A stretch of DNA of 64,000 nt from an uncultured Candidatus Saccharibacteria bacterium (GTDB lineage Bacteria; Patescibacteriota; Doudnabacteria; UBA920), in contig CAYVOF010000003.1 of assembly GCA_964453405.1 (NCBI GenBank), positions 4,286 through 68,285 on the forward strand, in the 5' to 3' direction. Positions within the stretch are counted from its first letter, which is position 1. Each line of letters starts with the position of its first letter. Positions 48,197 to 59,327 of this stretch are shown here, piece by piece. Below the pieces are notes generated by a model that was not told the DNA's origin, did no database searches, and saw only the letters and a program-made list of their open reading frames with translations. The position numbers and the translations under genes are program-made.

Positions 48197-50365
48197 ATGA
48201 AAAAAACTGTAAAAATTATTCTTCACCATAGAGTAAACCAACAGGTGCACACGAACCGAGTTTTTTCATTTTGGAAAAGTTTAAATCAGTTATTTGCAAC
48301 TCTACTTAATGTTGTAGTCGGTGCAAGTTATTATGTAGGGGTATTTATTTTATCTATTCCCAAGTGGCCAAAATTAATAATAAGACTTTTTACTTACGCG
48401 AAACCGATTACTTTTAGCAGACCTAGCTTCAAAAAAGCTCTTGGCTTTGCTTTGCTTGTTATATTTGCTATGACACCAATCTTGCTACTACGTGTAGCGT
48501 CTGAAGGACAAAAAATTGGTGGCCGTGTATTAGGAATTAGTGATTCAGTAATTAACGATGTTAACTCAGCTCAAGACGCCCTTAAACGACAAGATTTTAG
48601 TACAGCGCAAAATAATTTTGCTAGCGTTTTAAATAATCTCAACTCAGTTCAAAGCCAACTTGATCAATCGAGTATATTTTTAAAATCTATAACAAAGTTT
48701 GCACCAGCTAGCTACAACACTTCCAATGCCTTAGAAGCTGCGCAACTTTTAACTGAATCTGCTCAGATCGGTAGCGGTATTCTTGTTCAAGTTGATCAGT
48801 TTCGTTTCTCTCCAGGGGGGTTAGCAATGGCAGATGGTAAGGATCCCAAGCAGGCGTTAATCAACATCAACAACGATGTAAAAAATATTGATGCCAAACT
48901 AACTCGAGCAAATCAATTACTAGCACCATTAGACAGTAGCTCTTTGCCGGCCAACTACCAAGCACCACTTAAAGACAGTCAAAGTGTAGTAGCGGAACTA
49001 AGCAATCAAATGCACTCCCTGCAAGCTGCTTCTGATTTACTGACTAATTTGCTGTTAGGTAACAAAAGATTTTTGGTTCTATTGCAAAATAATAATGAAC
49101 TCAGAGCAACGGGTGGCTTTATCGGTACTATTGCTCAAGGTCAATTGTCTGACAGCGCCATTAAAAATCTAGATATTCGTAGTGTGTATGATTTAGATGG
49201 ACAAATGATGAACTGGATAACACCCCCCTATCCCATGAGAGCCGTTAATAACCGCTGGTTTTTGCGCGACGCCAATTGGCTAGCTAGTTTTCCGGATAGC
49301 GCTCAAAGGCTCAGCGTGATGTACGAAATAGAGGGAGGCGAAACTCCAGATTTAGTGCTAGCAATCACTCCAGATTTTTTTATTGACCTGCTCAATAAAA
49401 CTGGACCAATAACTTTACCACGTTACAATGTGACGGTTTCGAGTACAAATTTTATTGAACAGATCCAAACTACTACTTCGGTGGCTTATGATAAAAACCT
49501 CAACCAGCCAAAACAACTTTTAGCAGACTTATACCCGATATTGCTCCAAAAAATTGGCCAAGATAAAGCTGGAATTTTAGGCCTACTAGAATTGGTTCAA
49601 AAAAATCTAACCGCTAGAAACTTGCTGATTTACTCCAGAGATCCGGCATTGCAACAAAAGTTAACAGACTTTAGATGGACTGGGGAGCTTTCTTCTACTG
49701 ATAAAGATTATTTGCAGATCAACAGTTCTAATTTGGGTGGAACAAAAACCGATCGAGCATTAGAAAGATCGGCAAAAATTCAAACTACTTTGCAATCTGA
49801 CGGCACAATAATCGATCAAGTAAGTTACACAGTTACCAATCCATTACCTAACAGTTCAGGATTACTTAATCGCAGTTTTTTGAGATTCTATGTTCCGCAG
49901 GGTAGTAAAGTTTTGGCGGCCGATGGTTTTTCAGAATTAGCCATGCCTGAACTAATAAAAAACCAAAAATATACCAGTGATACAATGATTGATAATTGGA
50001 ACCGTAACTTACAGTATGACCAAAGCCATAAAATTTATACTGGTCAAGAAAGCGACAAGACAGTAATTGGCAGTTGGCTAGAAGTAGCAGGTGGTCAAAC
50101 TAAAACTGTCACCATTACTTATATGCCGAATTTTAAAATTCAAAGCTTAGACAACTACAGCTTGTTATGGCAAAAACAAAGCGGAATGATGCCGTTTTCG
50201 GTCAGCCAGCAAATAACTCACGAAGAGAAGAGTATTCTATGGGATAATTTAGGTAGTCAGAGTCGGGAAGTTGATAAAAGTAATGATCAAGTAGTAGGGT
50301 GGAAATTAAAAAACTTTAACCAAGATCAATTTATAGGTTTAGTTTTGAGTAATAGGACGAAATAA
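48197..50365 (+). CDS. DUF4012-domain membrane-anchored protein
   Basis: LLQNNNELRATGGFIG, LRDANW...FP, NLGGTKTD, QKQSG. Confidence 0.85.
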   Translation: MKKTVKIILHHRVNQQVHTNRVFSFWKSLNQLFATLLNVVVGASYYVGVFILSIPKWPKLIIRLFTYAKPITFSRPSFKKALGFALLVIFAMTPILLLRVASEGQKIGGRVLGISDSVINDVNSAQDALKRQDFSTAQNNFASVLNNLNSVQSQLDQSSIFLKSITKFAPASYNTSNALEAAQLLTESAQIGSGILVQVDQFRFSPGGLAMADGKDPKQALININNDVKNIDAKLTRANQLLAPLDSSSLPANYQAPLKDSQSVVAELSNQMHSLQAASDLLTNLLLGNKRFLVLLQNNNELRATGGFIGTIAQGQLSDSAIKNLDIRSVYDLDGQMMNWITPPYPMRAVNNRWFLRDANWLASFPDSAQRLSVMYEIEGGETPDLVLAITPDFFIDLLNKTGPITLPRYNVTVSSTNFIEQIQTTTSVAYDKNLNQPKQLLADLYPILLQKIGQDKAGILGLLELVQKNLTARNLLIYSRDPALQQKLTDFRWTGELSSTDKDYLQINSSNLGGTKTDRALERSAKIQTTLQSDGTIIDQVSYTVTNPLPNSSGLLNRSFLRFYVPQGSKVLAADGFSELAMPELIKNQKYTSDTMIDNWNRNLQYDQSHKIYTGQESDKTVIGSWLEVAGGQTKTVTITYMPNFKIQSLDNYSLLWQKQSGMMPFSVSQQITHEEKSILWDNLGSQSREVDKSNDQVVGWKLKNFNQDQFIGLVLSNRTK

Positions 50366-50367
50366 CT

Positions 50368-51993
50368 ATGACAAAAGCTTTCAAATTTTTTAACCGTTTT
50401 GAACAAGATTTTCATCTTGGCCGTGCTACTGTAATCATCGCTATCCTAGCTTTGCTTTCTCGACTAACTGGTTTTCTGCGAGACATGCTATTAGCCTCAA
50501 ATCTAGGACTAAGCACTCAAACTGATATTTATTTTACAGCCTTTAGAGTTCCGGACTTTATTTATAACTTGCTAATTTTAGGTACTCTAAGCGCTGCTTT
50601 TGTTCCAATATTCACTAAGTACTACCTTAAAGATAAAGAAGATGCTTGGCGAATGGCTAACTCTGTGTTTAATATGGCCCTAGCTGGTATGACCTTAATC
50701 AGCCTCGTAGTATTTATATTTGCTTATCCATTAACCCAACTAGTTGCTCCTGGATTTAACCCCGAAGAAATTGCACAAACTGCTGCATTGACTCGCATCT
50801 TTTTACTTTCGCCAATTATTTTTACAGCTTCGAGCGTGCTATCTAGTACCTTACTGAGTTTTAAAAAATTTATATGGGTTAATACTGCGCCGCTTTTATA
50901 CAACTTAGGAATTTTAATCGGAATAATATTCTTACTACCTCGCTATGGTCTTAAAGGCTTGGCAATCGGAGTAATCTTTGGGGCTCTTCTTCATGTAGGA
51001 ATTCAAATACCGCAGCTCATCCAGTTAGGTTGGAAGTGGCGACCAATATGGGACTGGCGCCACAAAGGCTTACAACAAATTGTGAAGTTATTTGTCCCGA
51101 GATTAATGGGTTTAGATATTTCTTACATCAATTTAATTATTGTTACAATTATTGGATCCACTTTGGCGCGGGGTACAATTGCTGCCTATAACTTTGCTAA
51201 CAATATACAAGCAGTGCCATTTGGAATCTTTGCGATCTCTACTGCTCTAGCTGTATTTCCAGTTATGTCAGAACAGTATGCGAAAAAGGAATTAAAATCT
51301 TTTATAAATACTTTTAATCATGCCTTTGTAAGAATTGTTTATTTAATTTTACCAATGAGCGTATTATTACTATTGCTCAGAGCTTACATTGTTCGTTTAC
51401 TACTCGGATATGGAAAATGTGATTGGGTTTGCACAATTACTACTTTAGATACATTAGGTATATTAGCGTTTAGTTTAATTGCGCAAAGTTTAATCCCTCT
51501 ACTCTCGCGTGCTTTTTACGCCCGTCAAAACACCAAGACACCTGTAATAATTGGTCTCTTCGCTATGGCAATTAACGCGGGTCTATCATACTCACTCTCA
51601 TTTAGTATGGGAATTATCGGCGTTGCAATAGGTTTTGTTATTGCCTCAATTTTTCAGGTGATGATGTTAATAATTTACTTACACAAAAGTATCCAGGCCG
51701 ACCTCAAAAACCTGCAACTTATTAGGGACAGTGATTATTTTGTGGTATTTAATACGGGTAAAATTTTACTGAGCTGTGTGATTACTGGATTCTTTGCTTA
51801 CGGCTTACTCTACTTCTTTAGCTTTGTGTTTAATACTCAAACTGTAATAGGAATCTTTTTACAAACTGGCTTTTCGGTGCTGATAGCGGGTATAGCTTAT
51901 ATAACCCTAACTGCGGCCTTGGGCTTGCCAGATGCGATTAAAATTAAGTCAGCTTTAGCGCGCATGGTGTCGTTCTTGAATGTATCTGCCTAA
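50368..51993 (+). CDS. murJ: lipid II flippase MurJ
   Basis: SRLTGFLRD, AFRVPD, AFYARQNTKTP. Confidence 0.96.
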   Translation: MTKAFKFFNRFEQDFHLGRATVIIAILALLSRLTGFLRDMLLASNLGLSTQTDIYFTAFRVPDFIYNLLILGTLSAAFVPIFTKYYLKDKEDAWRMANSVFNMALAGMTLISLVVFIFAYPLTQLVAPGFNPEEIAQTAALTRIFLLSPIIFTASSVLSSTLLSFKKFIWVNTAPLLYNLGILIGIIFLLPRYGLKGLAIGVIFGALLHVGIQIPQLIQLGWKWRPIWDWRHKGLQQIVKLFVPRLMGLDISYINLIIVTIIGSTLARGTIAAYNFANNIQAVPFGIFAISTALAVFPVMSEQYAKKELKSFINTFNHAFVRIVYLILPMSVLLLLLRAYIVRLLLGYGKCDWVCTITTLDTLGILAFSLIAQSLIPLLSRAFYARQNTKTPVIIGLFAMAINAGLSYSLSFSMGIIGVAIGFVIASIFQVMMLIIYLHKSIQADLKNLQLIRDSDYFVVFNTGKILLSCVITGFFAYGLLYFFSFVFNTQTVIGIFLQTGFSVLIAGIAYITLTAALGLPDAIKIKSALARMVSFLNVSA

Positions 51994-52011
51994 AAATGCT
52001 AGTATTCTTAT

Positions 52012-53808
52012 ATGCATATCGATTTAGACCAGATTCGCAACTTCTGTATTATTGCTCATATTGACCATGGTAAATCCACTTTGGCAGACCGTTTGCTCGA
52101 GATTACACATACAGTTTCGAGCCGGGAAATGAAGTCCCAGGTTTTAGATCAGATGGATCTCGAACGGGAACGCGGTATCACAATCAAACTGCAACCGGTT
52201 CAAATGGATTATAAGTTAGAAGGCAAAGATTACACTCTAAATCTTATTGATACTCCTGGTCACGTTGACTTTAGCTACGAAGTATCCCGAAGCTTAGCCG
52301 CCTGTGAAGGCGCTATTTTAGTTGTGGATTCTACCCAAGGAATCGAAGCACAGACTTTGGCAAATGCATACTTAGCAATTGAAAATAATTTAACAATTAT
52401 TCCGGTAATCAATAAAATTGATTTACCAAACAGCGACCGCGCTAAAGTTGCCGAAGAAATGAAGTCTGTATTTGGTTTTAAGGAAGAAGAATTTATTTAT
52501 GCTTCTGGTAAATCTGGTGAAGGCGTAGAAGATATCTTAAAAGCAATTATTGCACGAGTACCAGCTCCAACTGGAAAAGCAGAAGAACCATTACAAGCTT
52601 TAATTTTTGATTCTAGTTATGATGCACATCGCGGTGTAATTGCTTATGTGCGCGTAATGAACGGTGCTCTTGAATCTAGACAGAAAATTTTAATGATGGG
52701 CAGTAATACCGAGTCGGAAAGTATTGAAGTCGGTGTATTTAAACCACGCATGTTAAAAGGAGAAGCAATCCCTACTGGAAGCGTGGGTTACATCGTTACG
52801 GGTTTACGCGAAGTCAGTAAAGCCAGCGTAGGGGATACAATAACTTTAATAAAAAATAAAGCAGTAGAGCCACTTGGTGGATACAAACAAGTACGACCTA
52901 TGGTGTACGCAAGTATTTTTCCTGTGTCTGGTGACGACTATCCATTACTTCGCGAAGCTATGGAAAAACTAAAACTGAATGACGCAGCCTTGACCTTTGA
53001 ACCAGAGAATATTCCAAGCATTGGTTTTGGTTTTAGAACTGGATTTTTAGGTTTGCTGCACATGGATATCGTCCAGGAGCGTTTGACCCGCGAATACGAT
53101 TTAGATCTAGTCTTAACCGCACCAAGTGTAGTTTACGAAATCTTAATGAGCACTGGGGAAACCATTACTATTTATAATCCAGCAGGGTTTCCTGATCCAT
53201 CACTTATCACAAGTATTAAAGAACCATGGGCAACGGTGGCGGTTTTGTCGCCAGCACAATATATTGGTCCAATAATGGAAATTGTTAACCAGCGCCGAGG
53301 TATTAGTATGGGCATGGAGTATGTTGGTACAGACCGAGTAGAACTAAAATTTGAAATGCCTTTGGCTACGATTATAATGGACTTTTATGATAAACTAAAA
53401 AGTGTTTCTAGTGGCTATGCTTCACTTAATTACGAAGTAAAAGAGATGCGGATCGGCACTTTGGTTAAGCTAGACATTTTAGTAGCGGGTGAAAAAGTTG
53501 ATGCCCTTTCTGCAATTGTTCACCGTAGCACTGCAGAAAGTGACGGCCGCGAACTAGTATCCAAATTAAAAAAACTAATTCCAAGACAACAATTCGAAAT
53601 TGCAATTCAGGCGGCTATTGGAGGTAAGGTTGTTGCTCGCGAAAGTATCTCAGCATTACGCAAAGATGTAACAGGTTATTTATACGGCGGAGATGTTACT
53701 CGTAAAATGAAATTACTGAAGAAACAAAAAATAGGTAAGAAGCGGATGAAAAAAGTCGGTAAAGTTGATATCCCACAAGAAGCATTCTTAGCCGTTTTAA
53801 AAAAATAG
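52012..53808 (+). CDS. lepA: elongation factor 4
   Basis: IAHIDHGKSTLADRL, GFLGLLHMDI, PQEAF. Confidence 0.99.
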   Translation: MHIDLDQIRNFCIIAHIDHGKSTLADRLLEITHTVSSREMKSQVLDQMDLERERGITIKLQPVQMDYKLEGKDYTLNLIDTPGHVDFSYEVSRSLAACEGAILVVDSTQGIEAQTLANAYLAIENNLTIIPVINKIDLPNSDRAKVAEEMKSVFGFKEEEFIYASGKSGEGVEDILKAIIARVPAPTGKAEEPLQALIFDSSYDAHRGVIAYVRVMNGALESRQKILMMGSNTESESIEVGVFKPRMLKGEAIPTGSVGYIVTGLREVSKASVGDTITLIKNKAVEPLGGYKQVRPMVYASIFPVSGDDYPLLREAMEKLKLNDAALTFEPENIPSIGFGFRTGFLGLLHMDIVQERLTREYDLDLVLTAPSVVYEILMSTGETITIYNPAGFPDPSLITSIKEPWATVAVLSPAQYIGPIMEIVNQRRGISMGMEYVGTDRVELKFEMPLATIIMDFYDKLKSVSSGYASLNYEVKEMRIGTLVKLDILVAGEKVDALSAIVHRSTAESDGRELVSKLKKLIPRQQFEIAIQAAIGGKVVARESISALRKDVTGYLYGGDVTRKMKLLKKQKIGKKRMKKVGKVDIPQEAFLAVLKK

Positions 53809-53983
53809 AAAAAAATAAAGTTATCAACAGGCCATATTATCAAATTAAAAAATATTGTCAAGAAATTTTTAAAATAAACATTTATAAAAAATATGCGCAA
53901 CCGAAAAGCCCTCAATAGAATAATGATTATCATATCTATACTGATTATCGCCTCGATGATTAGCACCTTTTTACTTTACACTA

Positions 53984-54547
53984 ATGCATAAATTTGCCCA
54001 GCTCGAAGATGAACACTTAAAAAACGTTTACCGTCAAAGTAAATTATTTTTGTTTAAGGGATTTGTCATTCCTTTTGCGAGTTTGTTCGTTCCAACTTAT
54101 TTCTTGTGGAAGTACGAACTGCTAAGTCAATTTAGAACTATAGTTTTATTGGCAGCAATAGTGATCGGTGTATGGTTCTTACGTAATTCTATAATATGGT
54201 TTCGTAATTGTTACGTACTAACCAACCAGAGATTGATTGTTTTTTCTCACGATGGTTTATTTAAACGCACAGTCATAGAAACACCACTAGAAAGAGTTCT
54301 TAACGTAAGTTATAAAACTACTGGTGTAATGTCTGCAATATTTGGATACGGTGATGTCGAAGTCCAGGTAGTGGGTTTGGTAGAACCAATCATCCTTAAA
54401 CATATTTCCAACCCCGCAGGAATCAAAGACTACTTATGGGAAATGCACAAGCGTGTTGTAACTAAACCTATTGCTTTTGATGCAGAAAATCTTGCTCATG
54501 TTCAGGAACAGATTGGTTATACTAAAAAGAATCAGAAGGTTTTATGA
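53984..54547 (+). CDS. membrane protein with bacterial PH domain
   Basis: Two TM; VLTNQRLI...GLF...IFGYGDVEVQ. Confidence 0.8.
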   Translation: MHKFAQLEDEHLKNVYRQSKLFLFKGFVIPFASLFVPTYFLWKYELLSQFRTIVLLAAIVIGVWFLRNSIIWFRNCYVLTNQRLIVFSHDGLFKRTVIETPLERVLNVSYKTTGVMSAIFGYGDVEVQVVGLVEPIILKHISNPAGIKDYLWEMHKRVVTKPIAFDAENLAHVQEQIGYTKKNQKVL

Positions 54548-54909
54548 AGCTACCGCCAATATTTTACAACAGAATTTTTTTGATTGGCTTAATAATTGCA
54601 TTTTTAATTTTTGTAGGTTTAGAATATAATCAATACAGACAGCGTAGCAAAATCGATGCCGAAATTGCCGACCTCAAAAAACAGGAAAACGACTTACAAG
54701 GTTCAAACCAGCAACTCGAGCAATCTATTAACTTTTTATCTTCACCAGAATATCAGGATAAATTAGCACGTCTTCAGTTGAACCTAAAAAAGGAAGGTGA
54801 AATAGTAGTCAATTTTTCAGAAAAACCTGAACAACAAGATTCGCAAAATAACAATCATTCTGCCAAATCAAATTTAATTAAGTGGTGGGAATATATATTC
54901 ATTAACTAA
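54544..54909 (+). CDS. septum formation initiator (FtsB/DivIC-like)
   Basis: TM + coiled coil + ARLQLNLKKEGE. Confidence 0.8.
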   Translation: MKLPPIFYNRIFLIGLIIAFLIFVGLEYNQYRQRSKIDAEIADLKKQENDLQGSNQQLEQSINFLSSPEYQDKLARLQLNLKKEGEIVVNFSEKPEQQDSQNNNHSAKSNLIKWWEYIFIN

Positions 54910-54916
54910 GTAATTT

Positions 54917-55870
54917 ATGACCAAACATATGTCGGAAAAAATTGTAGACGAAGAAGTTGAGGTTAGCGAAAGCCGACCAAAAAAAAGAAAACTAGCTAAA
55001 AAACATAAACTACGAATTTTAATCGCTGTTATTGTTATCATTTTAGTCTTAGCAGGTGGATCAGCTTGGCTGTATACTGGGACACTAACTAGCGGTAAGG
55101 AAAAAGTTTTTCGAAATTTGCCTTTGCCAGTAGCAATGGTTCAGTCAACTAACATTACCAGCAAGCAACTTTTTGCAAGAGTAGACTTAGCAAAAAAAGT
55201 GCTAGAAGCTACGGGCCAACCAACAACCGATATTACCGGTCAACTTTTAGATCAATTAATTGAAACTAAAAAAATTAATGTTGTCGCTGATAATCACAAA
55301 GTTAAAGTTAGTGGCGATGACCTAGATAACAGCTACAAAGCAATTCTCAAAAAATTTCCAGACAATGACGAGCAAGAATTTGTAAAGACTCTACAAGAAA
55401 ACTACGGTATGGATATAAATACCTTTAAAAATGAAGTTGTTAGACAACAAGTCTTGCAAGATAATTTAAAGCTGTGGTTTGCTCAACAGGAATCTTTGAA
55501 CAACGACCAGTATAATAAAGCACGTGATCTTATTAAACAATTAGATTCTGGTACCAGCTTTGAAGAGGTTGCTAAAAAGTACAGCCAAGATACAGCTAGC
55601 AAGGAATTTGCCGGAGATAATGGATTTGTTAAATACGGGGACATGTTGCCAGAATTTAAAGCAGCAATTAAAGATCTTTCAGTTGGCAATACTAAAATTG
55701 TCGCCAGCCGTTATGGAATTCATGTTATCAAAGTCAACGGTATCGAAGGGGATAGCGCCAATCAAGATGACCGTAACTACAACCTGATGCAAATCTTTAT
55801 CCAACCAGCAGACTTTAGCAATTGGCTTAAGTCGCAAACTGATTCGATTCGTGCCGTCAAGCTACTATAA
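54917..55870 (+). CDS. SurA/PrsA-like peptidyl-prolyl isomerase
   Basis: TM anchor; FEEVAKKYSQD, GD.GF, SRYGIHVIK parvulin motifs. Confidence 0.88.
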   Translation: MTKHMSEKIVDEEVEVSESRPKKRKLAKKHKLRILIAVIVIILVLAGGSAWLYTGTLTSGKEKVFRNLPLPVAMVQSTNITSKQLFARVDLAKKVLEATGQPTTDITGQLLDQLIETKKINVVADNHKVKVSGDDLDNSYKAILKKFPDNDEQEFVKTLQENYGMDINTFKNEVVRQQVLQDNLKLWFAQQESLNNDQYNKARDLIKQLDSGTSFEEVAKKYSQDTASKEFAGDNGFVKYGDMLPEFKAAIKDLSVGNTKIVASRYGIHVIKVNGIEGDSANQDDRNYNLMQIFIQPADFSNWLKSQTDSIRAVKLL

Positions 55871-55928
55871 ATAAACTAAAACCCTGCGAGTTACGACTCC
55901 AGGGGTTTTTTGTTATACTTTAATTTAT

Positions 55929-56002
55929 GCGGGCGTAGTACAATGGTAGTATGCGACCTTCCCAAGGTTGAGACGTGGGTCCGATTCCCATCGTCCGCTC
56001 CA
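55929..56002 (+). tRNA. tRNA-Gly(CCC)
   Basis: GCGGGCG...CGTCCGC-T-CCA, anticodon TT-CCC-AA. Confidence 0.95.
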
Positions 56003-56017
56003 ACTAATTTTTAACCC

Positions 56018-56093
56018 GCCGACTTAGCTCAGCTGGTAGAGCAGCGGTATCGTAAACCGCAGGTCATCGGTTCGATCCCGATAGTCGGCTCCA
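56018..56093 (+). tRNA. tRNA-Thr(CGT)
   Basis: GCCGACT...AGTCGGC-T-CCA, anticodon AT-CGT-AA. Confidence 0.95.
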
Positions 56094-56112
56094 GAAAAGT
56101 TTATTTAATTTC

Positions 56113-56685
56113 ATGTCCAAACTTCCGAAAGAATCCAAAATAGTTTTCCAAGGTGTAAGTTTTGTAGTGCATCAGTGGCGCCAAATAATGTTCGACAAAT
56201 CGGTGCGAACTTTTGAAGTTGCTCAAAATTTAGATACAGTTTCGATAATTGCGACAAAAGGAAACAAAATTGCTGTGCTTTACCAAAAACAGCCGGGCAC
56301 CAAGTGGTACTACACTTTACCTGGCGGTTATATGGACATCGAAGGTGAAACACCTAAACAGACTGCGCTTCGTGAACTTCTAGAAGAAACCGGACTTAAA
56401 CCCAAAACTATCAAACTATACAAAAAACATACTCGCCTGGGCCGTATCCGTCACACGCTACACATGTTTGTAGCAAATGAATGCGTATATACAGGTCAAC
56501 AGAAGCTTGATGGAGGCGAAATTATTCAGGTTAAATACTACTCATTTGAAAGATTCTTAAAACTGTCAGATAATCCGCATTTTCACAATAGCGAGCTCAT
56601 AATCGAGATGCTTCAGGCTCGACTCTCAAAGGCTGCAGCCAAAAAATTCAAAGCCAAAATATTCGGAAAAGCCTTGTCAAAATAG
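56113..56685 (+). CDS. NUDIX hydrolase
   Basis: PGGYMDIEGETPKQTALRELLEETG Nudix box. Confidence 0.93.
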   Translation: MSKLPKESKIVFQGVSFVVHQWRQIMFDKSVRTFEVAQNLDTVSIIATKGNKIAVLYQKQPGTKWYYTLPGGYMDIEGETPKQTALRELLEETGLKPKTIKLYKKHTRLGRIRHTLHMFVANECVYTGQQKLDGGEIIQVKYYSFERFLKLSDNPHFHNSELIIEMLQARLSKAAAKKFKAKIFGKALSK

Positions 56686-56710
56686 GGCTTTTTTGATAGT
56701 TTTAATAGGT

Positions 56711-56962
56711 ATGAGCGACCAAATCCCACCCAATAACGAGAAATACACGCTGACCACAGCAAAAACCCTCGCTATTGCGCTAGAATTTGGTTTTATTATT
56801 GCTATTCCGCTATTAGCCTTCACAATAGCTGGTAAATGGCTCTCGACTAGATATCAAAACGAACTATTTTTATATGGAGGAATTGTGCTCGCTATCATGG
56901 CTAGTACAATATTTCTAGTTTTGAGAATCCGTAAAATCTACAAAGAATTAATTAATAAATAA
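56711..56962 (+). CDS. AtpZ/AtpI-family membrane protein
   Basis: Two TM, ALEFGFIIAIP; first gene of atp operon. Confidence 0.8.
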   Translation: MSDQIPPNNEKYTLTTAKTLAIALEFGFIIAIPLLAFTIAGKWLSTRYQNELFLYGGIVLAIMASTIFLVLRIRKIYKELINK

Positions 56963-56972
56963 TAGGCAAGCA

Positions 56973-57824
56973 ATGCTGGCACTTCCACCAATATCAGCTG
57001 AACCGATTTTTTACATCTCAAACTTCGGAGTCACAAATACTATCATCAACTCCACACTAACTATGATTGGGTTTGTGATTTTTGCATTCTTAATTAGGGC
57101 GGCTGTAAAAAAATATGGTAATGGCGCTCCAAAAGGCTTGCTAAACTTTTTTGAATCAATTTTAGAACAGCTCTTTGGCTACTTTGACACTGTTACCGGG
57201 GACCGCCAAAAAACAGTCCGTTTTCTCCCATTAATTGGTGCGCTATTTTTATTTATTTTAGTTTCAAACTGGATTGGTTTATTGCCAGGCATAGGCAGCG
57301 TTGGTCGTTATTTAATGCACGAAGGTCATGTTGAATTGATTCCTTTATTCCGTCCGGCAAATACAGATCTAAACATGACTTTAGCAATGTCTGTAATCGT
57401 TGTAATTACATCCCATGTTTTAGGTATTGCTATGATCGGATTCTTTAAATACGCTAACAAATTTATTAAGCTAGGTGATATCTGGCACGCGCTTAAAACC
57501 TTTAAGCCAATGGATATTGCAATTGCATTTATTGAATTCGGCGTCGGCATATTAGAAGTAATTTCTGAAGTAGCAAAGCTACTATCCCTCTCTTTGCGTT
57601 TGTTTGGAAACATTTTTGCCGGCGAAGTACTACTAACAGTTTTAGCAGGAATTTTGCCAGTATTTTTACCTTTACCTTTTATGGCTCTAGAAATTATTGT
57701 TGGGGTGGTTCAAGCAACTGTATTTGCCATGTTATCATTAGTTTACTTAACTATTGCGACTACAGAGGTTCACAGCCAGCATAGCGCAGAAGAAGGCGAT
57801 CTCGAACCAACGCCAACAGTATAA
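56973..57824 (+). CDS. atpB: ATP synthase F0 subunit a
   Basis: NWIGLLPG, SLSLRLFGNIFAGE, QATVF. Confidence 0.97.
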   Translation: MLALPPISAEPIFYISNFGVTNTIINSTLTMIGFVIFAFLIRAAVKKYGNGAPKGLLNFFESILEQLFGYFDTVTGDRQKTVRFLPLIGALFLFILVSNWIGLLPGIGSVGRYLMHEGHVELIPLFRPANTDLNMTLAMSVIVVITSHVLGIAMIGFFKYANKFIKLGDIWHALKTFKPMDIAIAFIEFGVGILEVISEVAKLLSLSLRLFGNIFAGEVLLTVLAGILPVFLPLPFMALEIIVGVVQATVFAMLSLVYLTIATTEVHSQHSAEEGDLEPTPTV

Positions 57825-57907
57825 AATAGGTGCTGCGCTGATTGGCTTAAAAACTTTAAGGTAATCAGGGCAACGTCTCAAAAACGCGTCCGTTCAAATT
57901 AATTTAA

Positions 57908-58165
<258 letters not shown>

Positions 58166-58184
58166 TTTTAAATTTATAATAGCA

Positions 58185-58901
58185 GTGAAAATCAGCAACC
58201 GAATAAAATCGTTTAGTTTAGTATTGATGTTTGGGCTTCTGTTAGTAAGCACAGCAACTTTTGTTATTCCTAATCATCATGCACAAGCTGCTACTAAAAC
58301 AACAGCAAAACCTATTACAGAAGCTCCGGCAACGGCTACAGAACCAGCCGTCACCTCAGAAACAGAGCACACCACCGAAGCAGAAGAAAAAGATGCTGGA
58401 GTGATTGGCCTATTCGGGTTAAACTGGAAGTTATTTTTAGCGCAGTTAGTAAACTTTGCTATTGTGTTATTTGTATTATGGAAATGGGTATTTAAACCAG
58501 TTGTCGCTGGAATGGATGCTCGCACTAAAAAGATTGAAGATTCACTTAACACTGCAGACAAGGTTAATAAAGAACGTGAAGAATTTGATCAATGGAAGGC
58601 AAAGGAAATGGTTAGTGCTCGCCATGAAGCCACCGCAATTATTGCTGCTGCAAAAACTACTGCTACTCAAACCAAAGATCAAATCTTAGAACAAGCTAAA
58701 CTAGAACAGCAACAAATCTTAGATCAATCCAAGGCTGAGTTAGAATTACAAAAGCAAAAAACTTTAGAAGAAGCTAAGGCTAGTATTGCTGACTTAGTTG
58801 TTCAATCTACAGAAAAACTTTTGCGGGCAAAATTGGACGGCAAAACAGATGCCAAATTAATTAAAACAGTTCTTGGAGAAACTGATCAAGAACTCTCTTA
58901 A
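58185..58901 (+). CDS. atpF: ATP synthase F0 subunit b with N-terminal extension
   Basis: AQLVNFAIVLFVLWKWVFKP...R..KI; signal-like and Thr/Glu-rich extension. Confidence 0.92.
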   Translation: MKISNRIKSFSLVLMFGLLLVSTATFVIPNHHAQAATKTTAKPITEAPATATEPAVTSETEHTTEAEEKDAGVIGLFGLNWKLFLAQLVNFAIVLFVLWKWVFKPVVAGMDARTKKIEDSLNTADKVNKEREEFDQWKAKEMVSARHEATAIIAAAKTTATQTKDQILEQAKLEQQQILDQSKAELELQKQKTLEEAKASIADLVVQSTEKLLRAKLDGKTDAKLIKTVLGETDQELS

Positions 58902-58905
58902 CTAT

Positions 58906-59322
58906 ATGGCCGATAAAACTACAACGAAAATTACCATCCAACAATACGCGCAAAGTTTGCACGCAGCGATATCCGATAGCAATCCTAAGGATCACGACAA
59001 AGTTATTGATAATCTGATCAAGATTCTCAAAACTAACGGCGACCTAGGTCATTACGAAAAAATTGTCGACGCTTACGAAAAACTCCTCGAGCAAGAAGGC
59101 AATACCACCAAGATAGAAGTTACTACTACCTCACAGACCGAAGTTAGTCCTTCACTCCTTAAAGAGTTAAATAACTTTGCCCACCAAAGCAAAAAGACGG
59201 AAGTGACAACTAAAAAAGACGATTCTATCATAGGAGGTGTACTCATAAAAGTCGACGACACCCTCATAGACGCAAGTCTAAAAAACCAACTCGATAACTT
59301 ACATTCACATTTACAGAAATAA
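58906..59322 (+). CDS. atpH: ATP synthase F1 delta (short form)
   Basis: [20 protein letters not shown]; position between atpF and atpA. Confidence 0.9.
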   Translation: MADKTTTKITIQQYAQSLHAAISDSNPKDHDKVIDNLIKILKTNGDLGHYEKIVDAYEKLLEQEGNTTKIEVTTTSQTEVSPSLLKELNNFAHQSKKTEVTTKKDDSIIGGVLIKVDDTLIDASLKNQLDNLHSHLQK

Positions 59323-59327
59323 TATAT

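Noticed and set aside
53676-53966. 96-aa minus ORF, plus the many short antisense ORFs inside core genes
   Set aside because: Shadow ORFs opposite well-supported genes, with no motifs or start signals.
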